Positions 13,701 to 25,760 of a DNA stretch of 64,000 nucleotides are shown here, one piece after another (the first letter of the stretch is position 1; each line of letters starts with the position of its first letter). The notes below the pieces were generated by a model. It saw nothing but the letters and a program-made list of their open reading frames with translations, was not told the DNA's origin and did not search any database. The position numbers were made by a program, and so were the translations under genes. The stretch is from Negaprion brevirostris (taxonomy: Eukaryota), in NCBI GenBank assembly GCA_030324005.1, contig JARDVH010000163.1, forward strand, positions 90,042,238 through 90,106,237, written 5' to 3'.

Positions 13701-13929
13701 TGAATGAGAATTGAACAATTGTTTTCTTTTTCTACATCAAACAAAGCTGTGATGCGTGATTTTTAAATAAACAGTTTTAGATTGGGTTAATAAGTAACTT
13801 TGTAGTTTTGAATATGTTGTTCAGACATAAATTAATGTACATTCAGAAGAAAAATTGCTGTAGTTCACTTGAAAGAATATTAGCATTTAGAAATAACAAT
13901 TCAGCAGAAAATTTACAGCCACGTAAACA

Positions 13930-14890
13930 AGCATGAATTCAAGAAGGAGATGAGGCAGCAATAATTTGCTAAGGTCAAATTTTGCTTGATTCAAATGATT
14001 GAGTTTTTTGATGAGGTAACAGAAAGGGCGGATGATGCCAATGCAATTGATGTTGTGTGTGCAGACTTTTAAATGTTTAAAAAAAAAAATGGACCATATA
14101 ATTCAATAGCAAAGTTGAAGCCCCATGAAATAAAAGAATCAGTAGCAGCACGGATGCAAACAGTGGGATTTTCCACATTCCCCATGTTTTGTGGTTGTAG
14201 AGGCAGCCCATTATAGGCCAGTGGCAAGATCTTCTGCTGGTGGGGTTTTCCCATTGTTTGCACCCCTGTGGTTTGCCATTAACAGGACTGGCCAGAAAAC
14301 TTTAGCCAAAATAAACTAAGGATAGGAAATAGAGTTGGGGTAAATAGCTTTTTTTAAGTTGGGAAAGGTATTGTGGGGTTCCGCTGGGTCCAGTGCCATT
14401 GGAATTTACTATTTATGATATATGTATATATTGATGATTTGAACTTGGAGGTATAGGCCACAAGTTCAAAATTTGTAGGGACCACAGAATTTGCAAGTCC
14501 TACACAGGGGTAAAGTATGCACAGGCTTTAAAAGATTAAACAGGCAAGATAGAATAAATTCAATGCAGAAGTTACATATTGGTAGGAAGGTTGAGAGGGG
14601 AGAATGTATACATCAGGAGTCATAGTTTAAGAAAAAGGGATTAGCCATTTATGATTTGTATGAAGAGAAATGTCTTCATTCAAAGGATTGTGAACCTTTG
14701 GAATCCTCTGCCCCAGCGAACTTAGTCACTGAAAACATTCAAGTCAGAGATGGATACATTTTTGAATACTGAAGAAATAAGGGGATATGAGAATAGTGCA
14801 GGGATCTGGGGTAGAAGATCATCCATAATCTTATTGGAAGACAGAGCAGAATTGAGGCTGAACGATCTACTGCAGCTCCCCTTTCTTATG
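13930..14890 (+). mobile_element. Highly degenerate CR1 LINE (RT to 3' UTR), interrupted by a MITE-like insert at ~14160-14300
   Basis: IEFFDEVTERADDANAIDVV motif, a GVP-like motif, and a 3' region aatgtcttcattcaaaggattgtgaacctttggaatcctctgcc. Confidence 0.8.
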
Positions 14891-14899
14891 TTTTGCAAA

Positions 14900-15555
14900 A
14901 TGGTACCATCTTTACGGAGGTACAAAGAGAGCTGGTGATTCTTGTGCATAAATCTTCAAAGATTTCACGTCAACAAATCAGTTAATAAAACACATGTGAT
15001 CTTGGCTTTTATAGATAGAGGCAGAGTGTACAAAAGCAGGAAGTTTGACCAAAACTCTAATTCAGCCCCAACTGGGATATTGTGCCCAGTTGTGGGTACT
15101 GCACTTGTAAAGTCTTTGGAGTGGGTACAAAAGAGATTTACTGACTGGCTGCAGAATGAGGGATTACAGTTATATGGATGGACTAGAGAAGTTAGGGTTA
15201 TTCTGTTTAGAGCACAGAGGCTAAGAAGAAATTTCATGGAGGTGTTTAAAATCATGAAGGATTGAGATAAAGTAAAATAGTATCTTTTTCCTATGGCCGG
15301 GCGGTGGGGGGGAATCATGAAGAAAATTTGTTTCTTTACCCCCATATTTAGATTAGAAATGCACTGACCCTCCAATGATGAAAACAAATTCAGTAGTGTT
15401 CTTCAAAAGGGAATTGGATAAATATTTGAAGGAGAAAATATTGTGGAATAGAATTGGGAAGTGTAACTAACTGGGTTACTGCTCAAAAATGCTGACTCAG
15501 ACTCCATGGACCAAATAACCCATTTCTGTGCTGTATTGTTCTGTGATTCTGTAAC
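14900..15555 (+). mobile_element. CR1 LINE 3' fragment
   Basis: ORF 14942 contains LEWVQKRFT and MEVFKIMKD. Tail atggaccaaataacccatttctgtgctgtattgttctgtgattct. Confidence 0.85.
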
Positions 15556-16289
15556 ACAAAGACAAGTGAAAACTCCTGTTCTCTGGTTAACTTTATTAAC
15601 ACACCCTGACCCTCTGACATCTTGTATATTGTTTCCATGTCGCACTCTTCTTCTGTAATCACCTTTCTCATCTTGCCCCATCCACCCCATTCAATCTTGC
15701 AATTTCCCTGTGGCTGGGTTCTATTTGTGCATAATTAAACTTGGACTGTCACAGTTTTCCCTCATGACTTAAAGAAAACTTACGTTTGCCCATAATAGTT
15801 CACGTGCTAATTCAGCACCAGGTAAAAAAAGTGACCTAATTTTTTCAGATGAGGATGGGGAATTGAAATCAAAAACTAGGGTAAACCAAATTCATGCTCT
15901 GATACTCTATCAGTTCCTTGCTTGTCTCTATTGTAGCTCTTCTTAAAAGCTAGTGAAACTGTTTGGACAGGAGTCCATTGAACATCTGCATTACTTCCAA
16001 GTCAGGCTAAATTCAAATGATGTTGGGCTGGATGAAAACAGAAGAAGTTTATGCAGACTCAGGAAAAGCAGGAGATTATTTGGGTCACATGCCTTGCTAT
16101 AAATGTACACAGTTCTAAAATCAATTTTAACTTTACACAGAATCTAACATGTTCCAAATGTCCCATTCAGTACATCTTGAGCAAGCAACTGTAGGATCAA
16201 ATAAGCAATTCCATACAACTGCAGCTACTTCGATGTAAGGAATTAAATTAACATCCAGATGCGGTTTTACAGCCACTGAGGAGAAGTGG

Positions 16290-16465
16290 TAAAAGGAAGA
16301 CTGGCATTTTTATTGCACTTTTCATGATGACAGGACACTCCAAAGCATTTTATAACCAATGAAATACTAACAAACTCACTGCTGTAATGTAGGAAGTACA
16401 GCAGCCAATTTGCAAAAAGCAAACTTCCACACATAGTAATGTGGCAATGATCAGATGGCTTGTTG
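16290..16465 (-). mobile_element. DeuSINE/L2-type 3' tail relic
   Basis: The minus strand reads gtggaagtttgctttttgcaaattggctgctgtacttcctacattacagcagtgag...aaatgctttggagtgtcctg, homologous to 56900-57050. Confidence 0.65.
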
Positions 16466-17369
16466 TATTACAAACATTTTTAAGATGTAACCTTTGACTG
16501 CCCATGATCAAATATATTTGTGTGTGGATGTGGGCATTTTCTGATGCCCGAAGTGATTCAGTCAATTTAAATAAACCGAGCAGCAAGCTTTTGAATTTTT
16601 GACATGAGAATAGTTAGTTTATTTCTCCCAGAAATTAATGTTTCACCCAGACAACCTGCCCACACGATGACACATGCAAAACCAGCCACAGCTAATGGTA
16701 AAACAGTAATTATAAAAACTCGGTCTCTATTTCAAGGTTGGCCTAATGTTATGCAGTCAGGTTGTTACTTTAGTTGAACTGATAGTCTCAAGGATGCGGA
16801 GATTTCACAGTAGTTGTGATGATTTCAAGAATTGATCTGCCCAGTGGTTGTTTTCATGGGTAGGCTTGAAGGTGGAACAGGTTGGAGGAATTTTGATGAT
16901 AGCTACTTAGTGCTTAACTAACCACAACAGTCGATGGCTTTNNNNNNNNNNNNNNNNNNNNNNNNNNNNNNNNNNNNNNNNNNNNNNNNNNNNNNNNNNN
17001 NNNNNNNNNNNNNNNNNNNNNNNNNNNNNNNNNNNNNNNNNGGCTTTGCCTGTCAGTGTTATCTCTCACTGTTAGAATTCTGTCTGCATCTCTGAAGATG
17101 TCTCTGCAGCAGTTGAATTTTATGCTATATCTTCAGGGAATCAAGGTGGTCATTATCATGTGACTTCACATCAGTGTCAAGCCGTGGTCCCAAAAATGGG
17201 ATTGTGGTAATTTATTTAATGGCCTGAAGTCTTCTACCACCTGTATTTCTTTTAGGTGGCCAAAGCTTTTAGATTTGACAAAGCATATTTGTATTTTAAT
17301 AATGAACGGGTTGATAGAGTTTCACTTACCTCCTGGCTGAAACTACAGTGAGTCAATATAAGAAAAGTT

Positions 17370-17650
17370 GGCAGCGATTCTCTGGGATCACTAGTCCCCA
17401 GTGAGAATCATGATTACCCATTGAATTGGGCATTGAGTCGAAATGGGAATTGCTCTGAGCATCAAACCCATTATGATTTCCCTGGCTCGCCCAAGCGGGA
17501 AGTCCAGCGAGTGCCAAATGTTACAAAAAGCGTGGACCTGGTGCCCAGAACTCAGAGGGCGCTCCAGCTTGGATTTTTGTGCTGAAGTATCTGCAGTGAG
17601 ATTTGAGCTTAGCCTTCTCACTCAACGTGCACTGAACTGAGCCATAGTTG
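17370..17650. mobile_element. GC-rich MITE/Harbinger-like terminal fragment
   Basis: CpG-containing island starting ggcagcgattctc, similar to the ggcagaattctcc start at 35670. Confidence 0.4.
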
Positions 17651-18699
17651 GCATGCCAAAATATAAATCAAAGAACACATCAAAAGATTGTACACAAAGG
17701 AATAAAAAGAGAATATCTAAAACTCAAAGATGTTAATAATTCACTTTCATATCAGCTGTCCCCTGGAGGATTCTTGTCTGTTGATTACCAGTTTGCTGTT
17801 CACCTCAACAATTTCCAAAGTTGTTCTTCTTGGCAATGTGGAAGGAACTGGATTTGGTAAATAAAAGTACCCCTTTTTCCCTTCTCACATATTGTTCCCT
17901 GCTGAATGAACTTTATTATCCCCCTGCATTTGGCTGAAAATTATTATTTTTTTATTTTATCATTTATCAAATGGTACACTGAACAGTTTAAAAATTACCA
18001 TTCTCAAATAGTGTGTTTTGAAATACAACTCCATGTAAGTTATCTGTATTATGAGAACATTATCTGTTTTGAATGTGTTTGGCCATGACATTGTTTAAAA
18101 AGTGGAAGATGTAAGATGAAGTTGTTGATCCCAATGAATGCCTGAATTAATTGCATCAAGTTCATCTTCAGTAAGCCATAACAAAGAAATTATTTTTCTT
18201 GCAAGTAGCTGTTATCTGCAAATTACATTATCAGATGTGCCAATGTGAATACTGATTCTCAAAAAGACACCAGCCTCTCTCAAGTTCTGCATAAAATATT
18301 GAAAAAAACTGACGCTGTTTATTTTTCCTCTTTATGGCGTGCTTGTTGCGGACTGATTCAAATATAGGTCAATTTGGGGACTGTGCACTTCATTAGGCAA
18401 TTACTCCTTCAGAATGACAGATTGTACTCTTGTGAAGTGCTTCAGAATATTTTACTGTGTTCAAGGTGCTACACAAATGCAAATTGCTGTTCAAGTGTTA
18501 CAATTGACTTCAGCTTTGCCAGATAGCATCAGCTAGGGGCATCGGCTGTGCTGCTCCTGCAGTTGAAATGCTGAAAGCTCCCTGTATAAACGCAGAAGTT
18601 CAAAATTACCACTTGACAAAAACCAAAGGACAGTGACTGGCACTGAATGCCACATTCACACAACACCTTGTGGATGGAAAAAGAGTAAAATCTGAGCTT

Positions 18700-18792
18700 C
18701 ACACTGAAGTGAAGCTGTTTAAACGTCCTGTATGTGGAAAGAGCTATACTCATTTATCCAACTTGCTGAGACTCCAGCAAGATCACGAGTGA
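18700..18792 (+). pseudogene. Single decayed terminal C2H2 zinc finger plus stop codon
   Basis: Translates HTEVKLFKRPVCGKSYTHLSNLLRLQQDHE*, which fits the HTGEKPFxCxxCGKSF...LxxHxxxH pattern with the first Cys changed to Arg and the first His to Leu. An in-frame stop lies upstream at 18634. Confidence 0.7.
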
Positions 18793-19049
18793 CTGCAGGG
18801 ATTGGATTCGGCATTATTGTGCCTTTATTCATATCTATGATTGGATTCAGCTGGTAAGGATTTGTTCCTGCCGATTTTAATAACTCCCATACCAGGATGG
18901 ATTTGGATTTGACCTATATGCAGAATATGAATCCATTTATGTGGAGCGAAATGTAATCGATCTACCATGACCACCTCCTAATTTCCGTATCACAGATTTA
19001 AGTTTTCAGCCAATTCTATTTCATATAGCCTTGTTTGCACTGGAGTGCT

Positions 19050-21835
19050 ACTTTGGCTGCAGTTGAGTGCTTAAGTTGGAATTTGGTGACTGAGGGCATT
19101 CAGTGAGGAGGGAGCGAAATAGTCCTTCCCTTTTCCACCTGTCCTCAGAAATGTGAGTGGTGGCCTTACAGCAGGGACCATCTGGGCCACCAACAGTGGC
19201 TTTCAGAAGTGACGTTACAGTTTGGAAAGGGACATGGCACCAATGAAAACAGCTGATTAGTAACTGATACCTATAGAATATTTTCTTATGGTTTTAAAGT
19301 ATATTATATTAGCTTAAATAAACGTAAGGACTTTCAGTTATAATAGTAGTGTTTGAAATGGAGAAAGGTCCCTTGTTTAATTAAATTCTCTTGAAGGGAG
19401 TAATGAGCTTAACCTAGAGAGAAGTCATGGTAGGAGGTCTCAGATGTGTGGTGTACTCCTCTTGCACAATGTGGGAAATAGAGAATGCTTCAGTTGACCC
19501 TGAGAACTGTGTGTTCAGGAAATGTGTCCAGCTGTGAGTAGAGGCTAACTGTATTTCAGAGCTGGAGTTGTGGCTGGGCTCTCTATGACACATTCATGAT
19601 GCTGAAAACATCCTTTAGTGAGGCGGTCACACTGTAGGTGAAGATTACACAGACAGAAAGGGAATGGGTGGCCATCAGACAAAGTAAAGGGCTCAGGAAG
19701 GAAGTGCAGGAGTTCCTTCTGGACATTCCCCTCTCAAACAGGTATTGTGTTTTGGACACTGTTGAGNNNNNNNNNNNNNNNNNNNNNNNNNNNNNNNNNN
19801 NNNNNNNNNNNNNNNNNNNNNNNNNNNNNNNNNNNNNNNNNNNNNNNNNNNNNNNNNNNNNNNNNNTGTTGAGGGGAATGGCCTATCAGGAGGAAGCAAC
19901 AGTCAAGTTCATAGCACGACAGGTGGCTCTGCTGCACAGAAGGGGAGGGAAATGAATGGCAAGGCTATAGTGATAGTGGATTTAATAGTAGGGAGGTACA
20001 GACACGCGCTTCTGTGGCCGCAGATGTGAAGCAGGGTGGAATGTTGCCTTCCTGGTGCCACAGTCAGGGATGTCACTATGCAGCTGCAGGATGTTCTGGA
20101 GTGGGAGGGTGGACAACCAGTAGTTGAGGTACACCTAGGTACCAATGACATTGGTAAACAGAAAAGGATCTGCAAGCTGATTATTGGTAGTTAGGAGCTG
20201 AATTAAAATGCAGGGCCTCAAATATAGTAATCTCAGGTTAACTCCCAGTATCACACACTAGCAAGAGCAGGAATAAGAGGACAGATCAGGTGAATATGTG
20301 ACTGGAGAAATGGTGTACCAGGGAAGGGTTTAAATTCTTGAGGCATTGGGACAGATTCTGGAGAAGATGGGATCTGTACAAGTCAGACAGGTTGGCAGAG
20401 CTGGGACCAATATCCTCACAGGAACTTTTGCTAGTTCTGTTGGGGAGGTTTTAAACTAGTACGGCAGGGTGACCGGAACCTAAGGGTAGGCTTAGATGGG
20501 TCAGATACAGATCTGGAAACAGGAGTTAGAACATTAGTTAGTGATGTTGTCAGCGACATTACTAACTAATGATTAATTAGTGATGTTGCTGTGGTTAAAA
20601 AGTGTCCAGCATTGGAAACTGAAAGGGGTTGAGCTGTTGCTACTCCAATACAAGGAATATTACAAACAAGGCAAATGAACTCAGGACACAGATAGACACA
20701 TGGCAGTAGGATTTCATTGCTATTACAGAAGCCTGGCTAAAGGACGGGTAAAATTGGCAGCTCAACATGGATATGGAGTTTTCAGGCAGGATAGAGTGGG
20801 TGTTAAATAAAGGAGGGGTGGTAGTATTATTAGTTAAAAATCAATTACAGTTGTGAGAAGGGATGATATGCCAAACTGGTTAACAAATGAGACTTTATGG
20901 GTTGAGTTCAGGAATGAAAAAGGAGTAGTTGCAGTATTCGGAATATACCACAGATCCCCAGATACTGGGGAGGTGGAAGAACATACAGGTAGAACTTTGT
21001 CTACGTATAGGAATAAGAGGGTAATAATAGCAGGACACTCTAAATTTCCCAATATCAACTGGGTTTGAAAAAATATGAGCATTGAGGATGAAAGATTTAT
21101 GCACTGTGTCCAGGATTTTTTAAAACAATATGTGACAGGCCCAACAAGAGGAGACACAATTCTTGATTTAGCTTTGGGAAATGAAGATGGTCAAATAGAC
21201 AAAATGACAATGGATGACCATAACAGGGATAATGAGCGCAACTGGATTAGATTTAGCACTTTAGAAGTAGATGTAATGATGGACTGTATAAGACACTGGT
21301 GAGGCTACAACTGGAGTGTTGTGTGCAGATTTGATCACCACATTACAGGAAGGATATAATTGCTCTGGAGAGAGTGTAGAGATTTACTAGAATATTGCCA
21401 GGGCTGGAGAATTGTAGTTATGTAGAGAGATTAGGGAGGTTGGGGTCATTTTCCTTGAAACGGAGAAGACTGAGTGGTGATGTGATTGAGGTATACAAAA
21501 TTATGAGGGGGAGGGAGAGAGCAGACAGGAGGAATCTGTTTCCCTTGGCAGAAAGTTCAAAAACCAGGGGTTGTAGAGTCAAGCTAAGTGACAGAAGGAT
21601 TAGAGGAAACATGAGGAAAATAGTTTTTATGCAGAGAGTGGGGGATGTCTGAAATTCCCTGCCTGGGTTGGTCGTGAAGGCAGAGACCCTAAACCCTATT
21701 AAGTGCCTGGATAGTACCTTGAGTGCTGTCAACTGCAGGGCTGTGAGCCGTGTGGAGGAAGATGGGATTCAGAAGAGCACTTGGGTGTCTTTGGGTCAGT
21801 CTGGACCAAATGATCTCCTTCGGTGCTGTATCATG
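19050..21835 (+). mobile_element. Near full-length but internally deleted, degenerate CR1 LINE: 5' UTR, ORF1 (Cys-rich N-terminus plus SGNH esterase), ORF2 APE endonuclease, ORF2 C-terminus and 3' UTR
   Basis: ORF1 motifs SSCTMWE, IPLSNRY, CCLPGATVRDV and VHLGTNDI. APE motifs ETLWVE, GIYHRSP, FPNINW and PTRGDTILDL. C-terminus LGSFSLKRRRLSGDVIEVYKIM. Confidence 0.9.
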
Positions 21836-22093
21836 GTTCTTTGGTGTCAAGAAATGACTGGGTGTAATGAATATGGCAAAAAGTGTGGGTCCCAAAACAC
21901 TCCTTTCAATAAAGAACATCTGCCTTCCAAACTGCTTACTGCACACTAACTTAGTGTTCCTTGTACGAGTACACTAAAATCTTGCTTCAAACTTTTCATG
22001 CCTTTAGAAATTAATCTGCTTTTTTATTCATGCAATTTAAGTGCACCTCACACTTCCCCTCATGACACTCCACCTTGTTGGTTACTCAATTGA

Positions 22094-22340
22094 GAACCGC
22101 CTGGTGGCACAGTGGTTAGCACTGTTGCCTCACAGTGCCACGGACCTGGGTTCAATTCCTGGCTTGGGTCACTGTCTGTGTGGAGTTTATATGTTCTCCC
22201 TGTGTCTGTGTGGGTTTCCTCCCACAGTCTGGTTAGATGCATTGACCTGAACAGATGTTGGAGTGTGGTGACTAGGGGAATTTCACAGTAACTTCATTGC
22301 AATATTAATGTAAGCCTTACTTATGGCTAATAAATAAATT
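22094..22340 (+). mobile_element. tRNA-derived V-SINE (HE1-like head and V-domain) with a non-CR1 tail
   Basis: A box tggcacagtgg, B box ggttcaattcc, V-domain gtctgtgtggagttt...gggtttcctcc, end aataaataaa. A paralog lies at 44949-45230. Confidence 0.9.
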
Positions 22341-22371
22341 GTACTTTAACTTGTTTCTATTTCTTTGCAAT

Positions 22372-22682
22372 AAGCAAAATATTGCAGATGCTGGAATCTG
22401 AAATGAGAGAGAAAGCAGAGTTAGCGCTTTGAATCCTTTTGGCTTTTCATCATAACTAAAGAGTGGGAGAATGTGTTTTAGGTATTAAAGTGTAGCCGTG
22501 GGAGATTGCAACAAAATGTAGTAACTTTAAGAACAAAAGACAGATAGCCTGGTGTGTATGTGTGCATGCGCATGTTGGGTTTTAATTGAGACAATACACG
22601 TATGGTTTTTTTTAAAAATAGGGTTGAAGATGGAGGAGAAAGTTCACAATTCCAAGCTACTGAACTGAACATTGAGTCCTGA
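22372..22682 (-). mobile_element. Penelope-like element 3' end (GIY-YIG C-terminal motif plus 3' repeat)
   Basis: The minus strand encodes SGLNVQFSSL (the GLN terminus of PLE endonucleases), followed by a decayed hammerhead-like core and ...ttcagattccagcatctgcaatattttgct. Confidence 0.6.
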
Positions 22683-22689
22683 GTTGAGG

Positions 22690-23140
22690 CCCTAGCACTG
22701 ACCCTTGCGGCATTCCAATAGTCACAACCTGCAAACTTGGAAATGCTCCATTTATCCCTCCTCTCCACTTCCTGTCTGTTATGCTAATACTCCCAACTTT
22801 ACCTTTTGCATTAACCTTCTGTGTGGCACCTTATCAAATATTTCTTGGAAATGCAAGTACACTATATTAACTGACTCCCCTCTGTCTACCCTACTAGTTA
22901 CATACCCAAAGATTTAAAATTGTGAAATGCAATTTCACTTTTGTAAAGCCATGTTGACTGTATCTGATCACAAGATGATTTCTGAAGTGCATGTTAAGAC
23001 TTGCTTACTAAGAGATTCCAGCATTTTCCAGGCAGCTGATGTCAGGTCAATGAGCCTGTGATTTCTTATTTCTCCTTCTCTCCTTTCTTCAGTTTGACAC
23101 AACATTTGCTAACTTCCAATCTGTTGGAACCATTCTAGAA
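22690..23140 (-). mobile_element. Degenerate CR1 RT fragment
   Basis: The minus strand encodes QHGFTKVKLH and GESVNIVYLHFQEIFDKVPHRRL. Confidence 0.85.
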
Positions 23141-24424
23141 TTTAGCTGTTATACATATGTAATTAGCTTTGTTTCAGTGAAAGACTCTTGTTTTAGACTC
23201 AGGTTCATCACTGCCCAAATTAGTGTGGAACTTAATTTTCTGTGAATGCTTTTCCCCCCCCCCAGAGGATTTTTTTTAAACTATCAAACTAAGAATTAGC
23301 CCTGCCTAATTTTACATGATTAGATCGACATCAGCCTAATCCCAAGTTGGTTCTGCAATGTATTTTAGAAAACTGTTGCAAAGCATTCTAAGCCTCAATC
23401 TGCATAGTACTTCTGTCAATTTGATTTGTCCCATCAGTAGGAATATGAAGACCCTTATGATTATTATAATATTACATTGACTTTGCTATAAGCTCAATTC
23501 TGTCCAAATTAATGTTCTGTCCAATGTCATAAACCACTGTTTGGGAGCCAATAAACTAATCCCAGCAACACTTTCTGACCTTTGCTATTCTGGCTATGGG
23601 TATGAGCCTGATAATTATGTGTTAATTCATTACAATGAGTTTCCCGACATTAAAACATTGGAAAATGCACCTTGTCAGTGGCAAGATGAAGGGGACCATA
23701 TCTCCCTCCTTTTATGCCATTGTGAAATGCAACTGGTCTTTTCACAATTTTTTTCACATTCATCATTGAACATACCTGATGCGAATGTGGGAGGAAATCC
23801 AACCTCCATTTTAGCTTTCTTTCTTAAATTGTCTCATTCCAGAATGAGAGAGGTTCACTTTCTTTGGAATGTATCATTCAGACTCTTCTAGGCAGCTCAA
23901 GCAGTAATGTTGAGGCATGTANNNNNNNNNNNNNNNNNNNNNNNNNNNNNNNNNNNNNNNNNNNNNNNNNNNNNNNNNNNNNNNNNNNNNNNNNNNNNNN
24001 NNNNNNNNNNNNNNNNNNNNNNNNNNNNNNNNNNNNNNNNNNNNNNNNNNNNNNNNNNNNNNNNNNNNNNNNNNNNNNNNNNNNNNNNNNNNNNNNNNNN
24101 NNNNNNNNNNNNNNNNNNNNNNNNNNNNNNNNNNNNNNNNNNNNNNNNNNNNNNNNNNNNNNNNNNNNNNNNNNNNNNNNNNNNNNNNNNNNNNNNNNNN
24201 NNNNNNNNNNNNNNNNNNNNNNNNNNNNNNNNNNNNNNNNNNNNNNNNNNNNNNNNNNNNNNNNNNNNNNNNNNNNNNNNNNNNNNNNNNNNNNNNNNNN
24301 NNNNNNNNNNNNNNNNNNNNNNNNNNNNNNNNNNNNNNNNNNNNNNNNNNNNNNNNNNNNNNNNNNNNNNNNNNNNNNNNNNNNNNNNNNNNNNNNNNNN
24401 NNNNNNNNNNNNNNNNNNNNNNNN

Positions 24425-24945
24425 TCTCAACTCTGGAATCAAACTAGTGAATCTCCTCTGCACCCTCTCCAGTGTCAGTATATTCTTTCTCAAGTAAGGA
24501 GATCAAAACTTCAGGTGTGGCCTTAAAGTTCATCCCTCTAGCAAAAAGGATAAATTTCCATTTGCCTTCTTAATTATCTGCTGCTCCTGCAAACTGACTC
24601 CTTGAGATTCCTGCACAAGGGCACCCAGGTCCCTCAGCATAGCAGCATGCTGCAATTTTTTACCATTTAAACAATAGTCTATTTTGCTGTTATTCCTACC
24701 AAAATGGACGACCTCACATTTACCAACATTGTACTCCATCTGCCAGACCCTCATCCACTCGCTTAGACTATTTATATTCTTTTGCAGACTTTCACATCCT
24801 CTGCACACTTTACTCTGCCACCCATCTTAGTGTCATCTGCAAATTTTGATACTGTACACTTGGTCCCCAACTGCAAATCATCTGTGTAAATCATAAACAA
24901 TTGTGGTCCCAACACTGATCCCTGAGGCACACCCTTGAGTCATCT
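24425..24945 (-). mobile_element. CR1 RT/C-terminal fragment running into an N gap
   Basis: GVPQGSVLGPQLF, FADDTKMGG, WQMEYNVGKCEVVHFG and LERVQRRFT. Confidence 0.93.
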
Positions 24946-25074
24946 TCTGAGTCATGAAAGCATGACTCAATCTGCATATGCCAAATAAACTAGGTTTAAA
25001 GCTATGAGAATAACTGCTGTCAAACAATGCATGCAAGTCATTTTCAATACCAGAAAATTGAAAGGAAACTATTT

Positions 25075-25760
25075 GGGCTAAGGGCCAAGAGGTCCCTGGA
25101 CCTGATGGATTGCATCCTAGGATATTAAAGTACAGAGCTACAGAGATAGTGGATGTACTGTTCGTAATCTGACAAGAACCCTTACATTTTGGAAAAGTCC
25201 TGGAGAATTGGAAAACTACCAATGTTATTCAAAAAGGGAGGGAGACAAGAACAGGTAAATTATAGGCTAGTTAGGTTAACATCTATTATTGGGAAAATAT
25301 ATCAGGATCCATTATAATGGATATGATAGCAAAGCATTTAGAGGTATGTAATATTACCAAGCCAAATCAGCATGGTTTCATGAAAGGGGAATTATGCCTG
25401 ACAAATTTATTAGAATTCTTTGAGGTGACAATGAGCAGGATAGGTAAAGAAGAACCAGTAGATGTAATATACTTGAATTTCCAAAAAGCGTTCAATAAGG
25501 AACTGCAGAAAAAGATAAGAACACTAGGATTGGCTATTTGATGAAAGGCAGAGAGTTGGAATAAGAAAGGCATTTTCAAGGTGGCAACCTTGTAATACTT
25601 GGAGTGCCACAAGGACCAGTGCTGGTGCCACAATTATTTACAATATCTATAAAAGACCTGGACGAGGGAAGTTTGCCAAGTTTGCAGATGACACAAAAAT
25701 AATTGGCACGGCAAGTGGTATGAATAACATAAAGAATCTACAGAGGGATGTAGATTAAGT
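25075..25760 (+). mobile_element. CR1 RT fragment
   Basis: PGPDGLHPRILK, NYRLVRLTS, NQHGFMKGELCLTNLLEFFE and KFADDTK. Confidence 0.93.

Noticed and set aside
22094-22175. tRNA gene
   Set aside because: A and B boxes are present, but the sequence continues into a V-domain and tail. It is a SINE head, as are those at 44949, 54505, 29430 and 3952.
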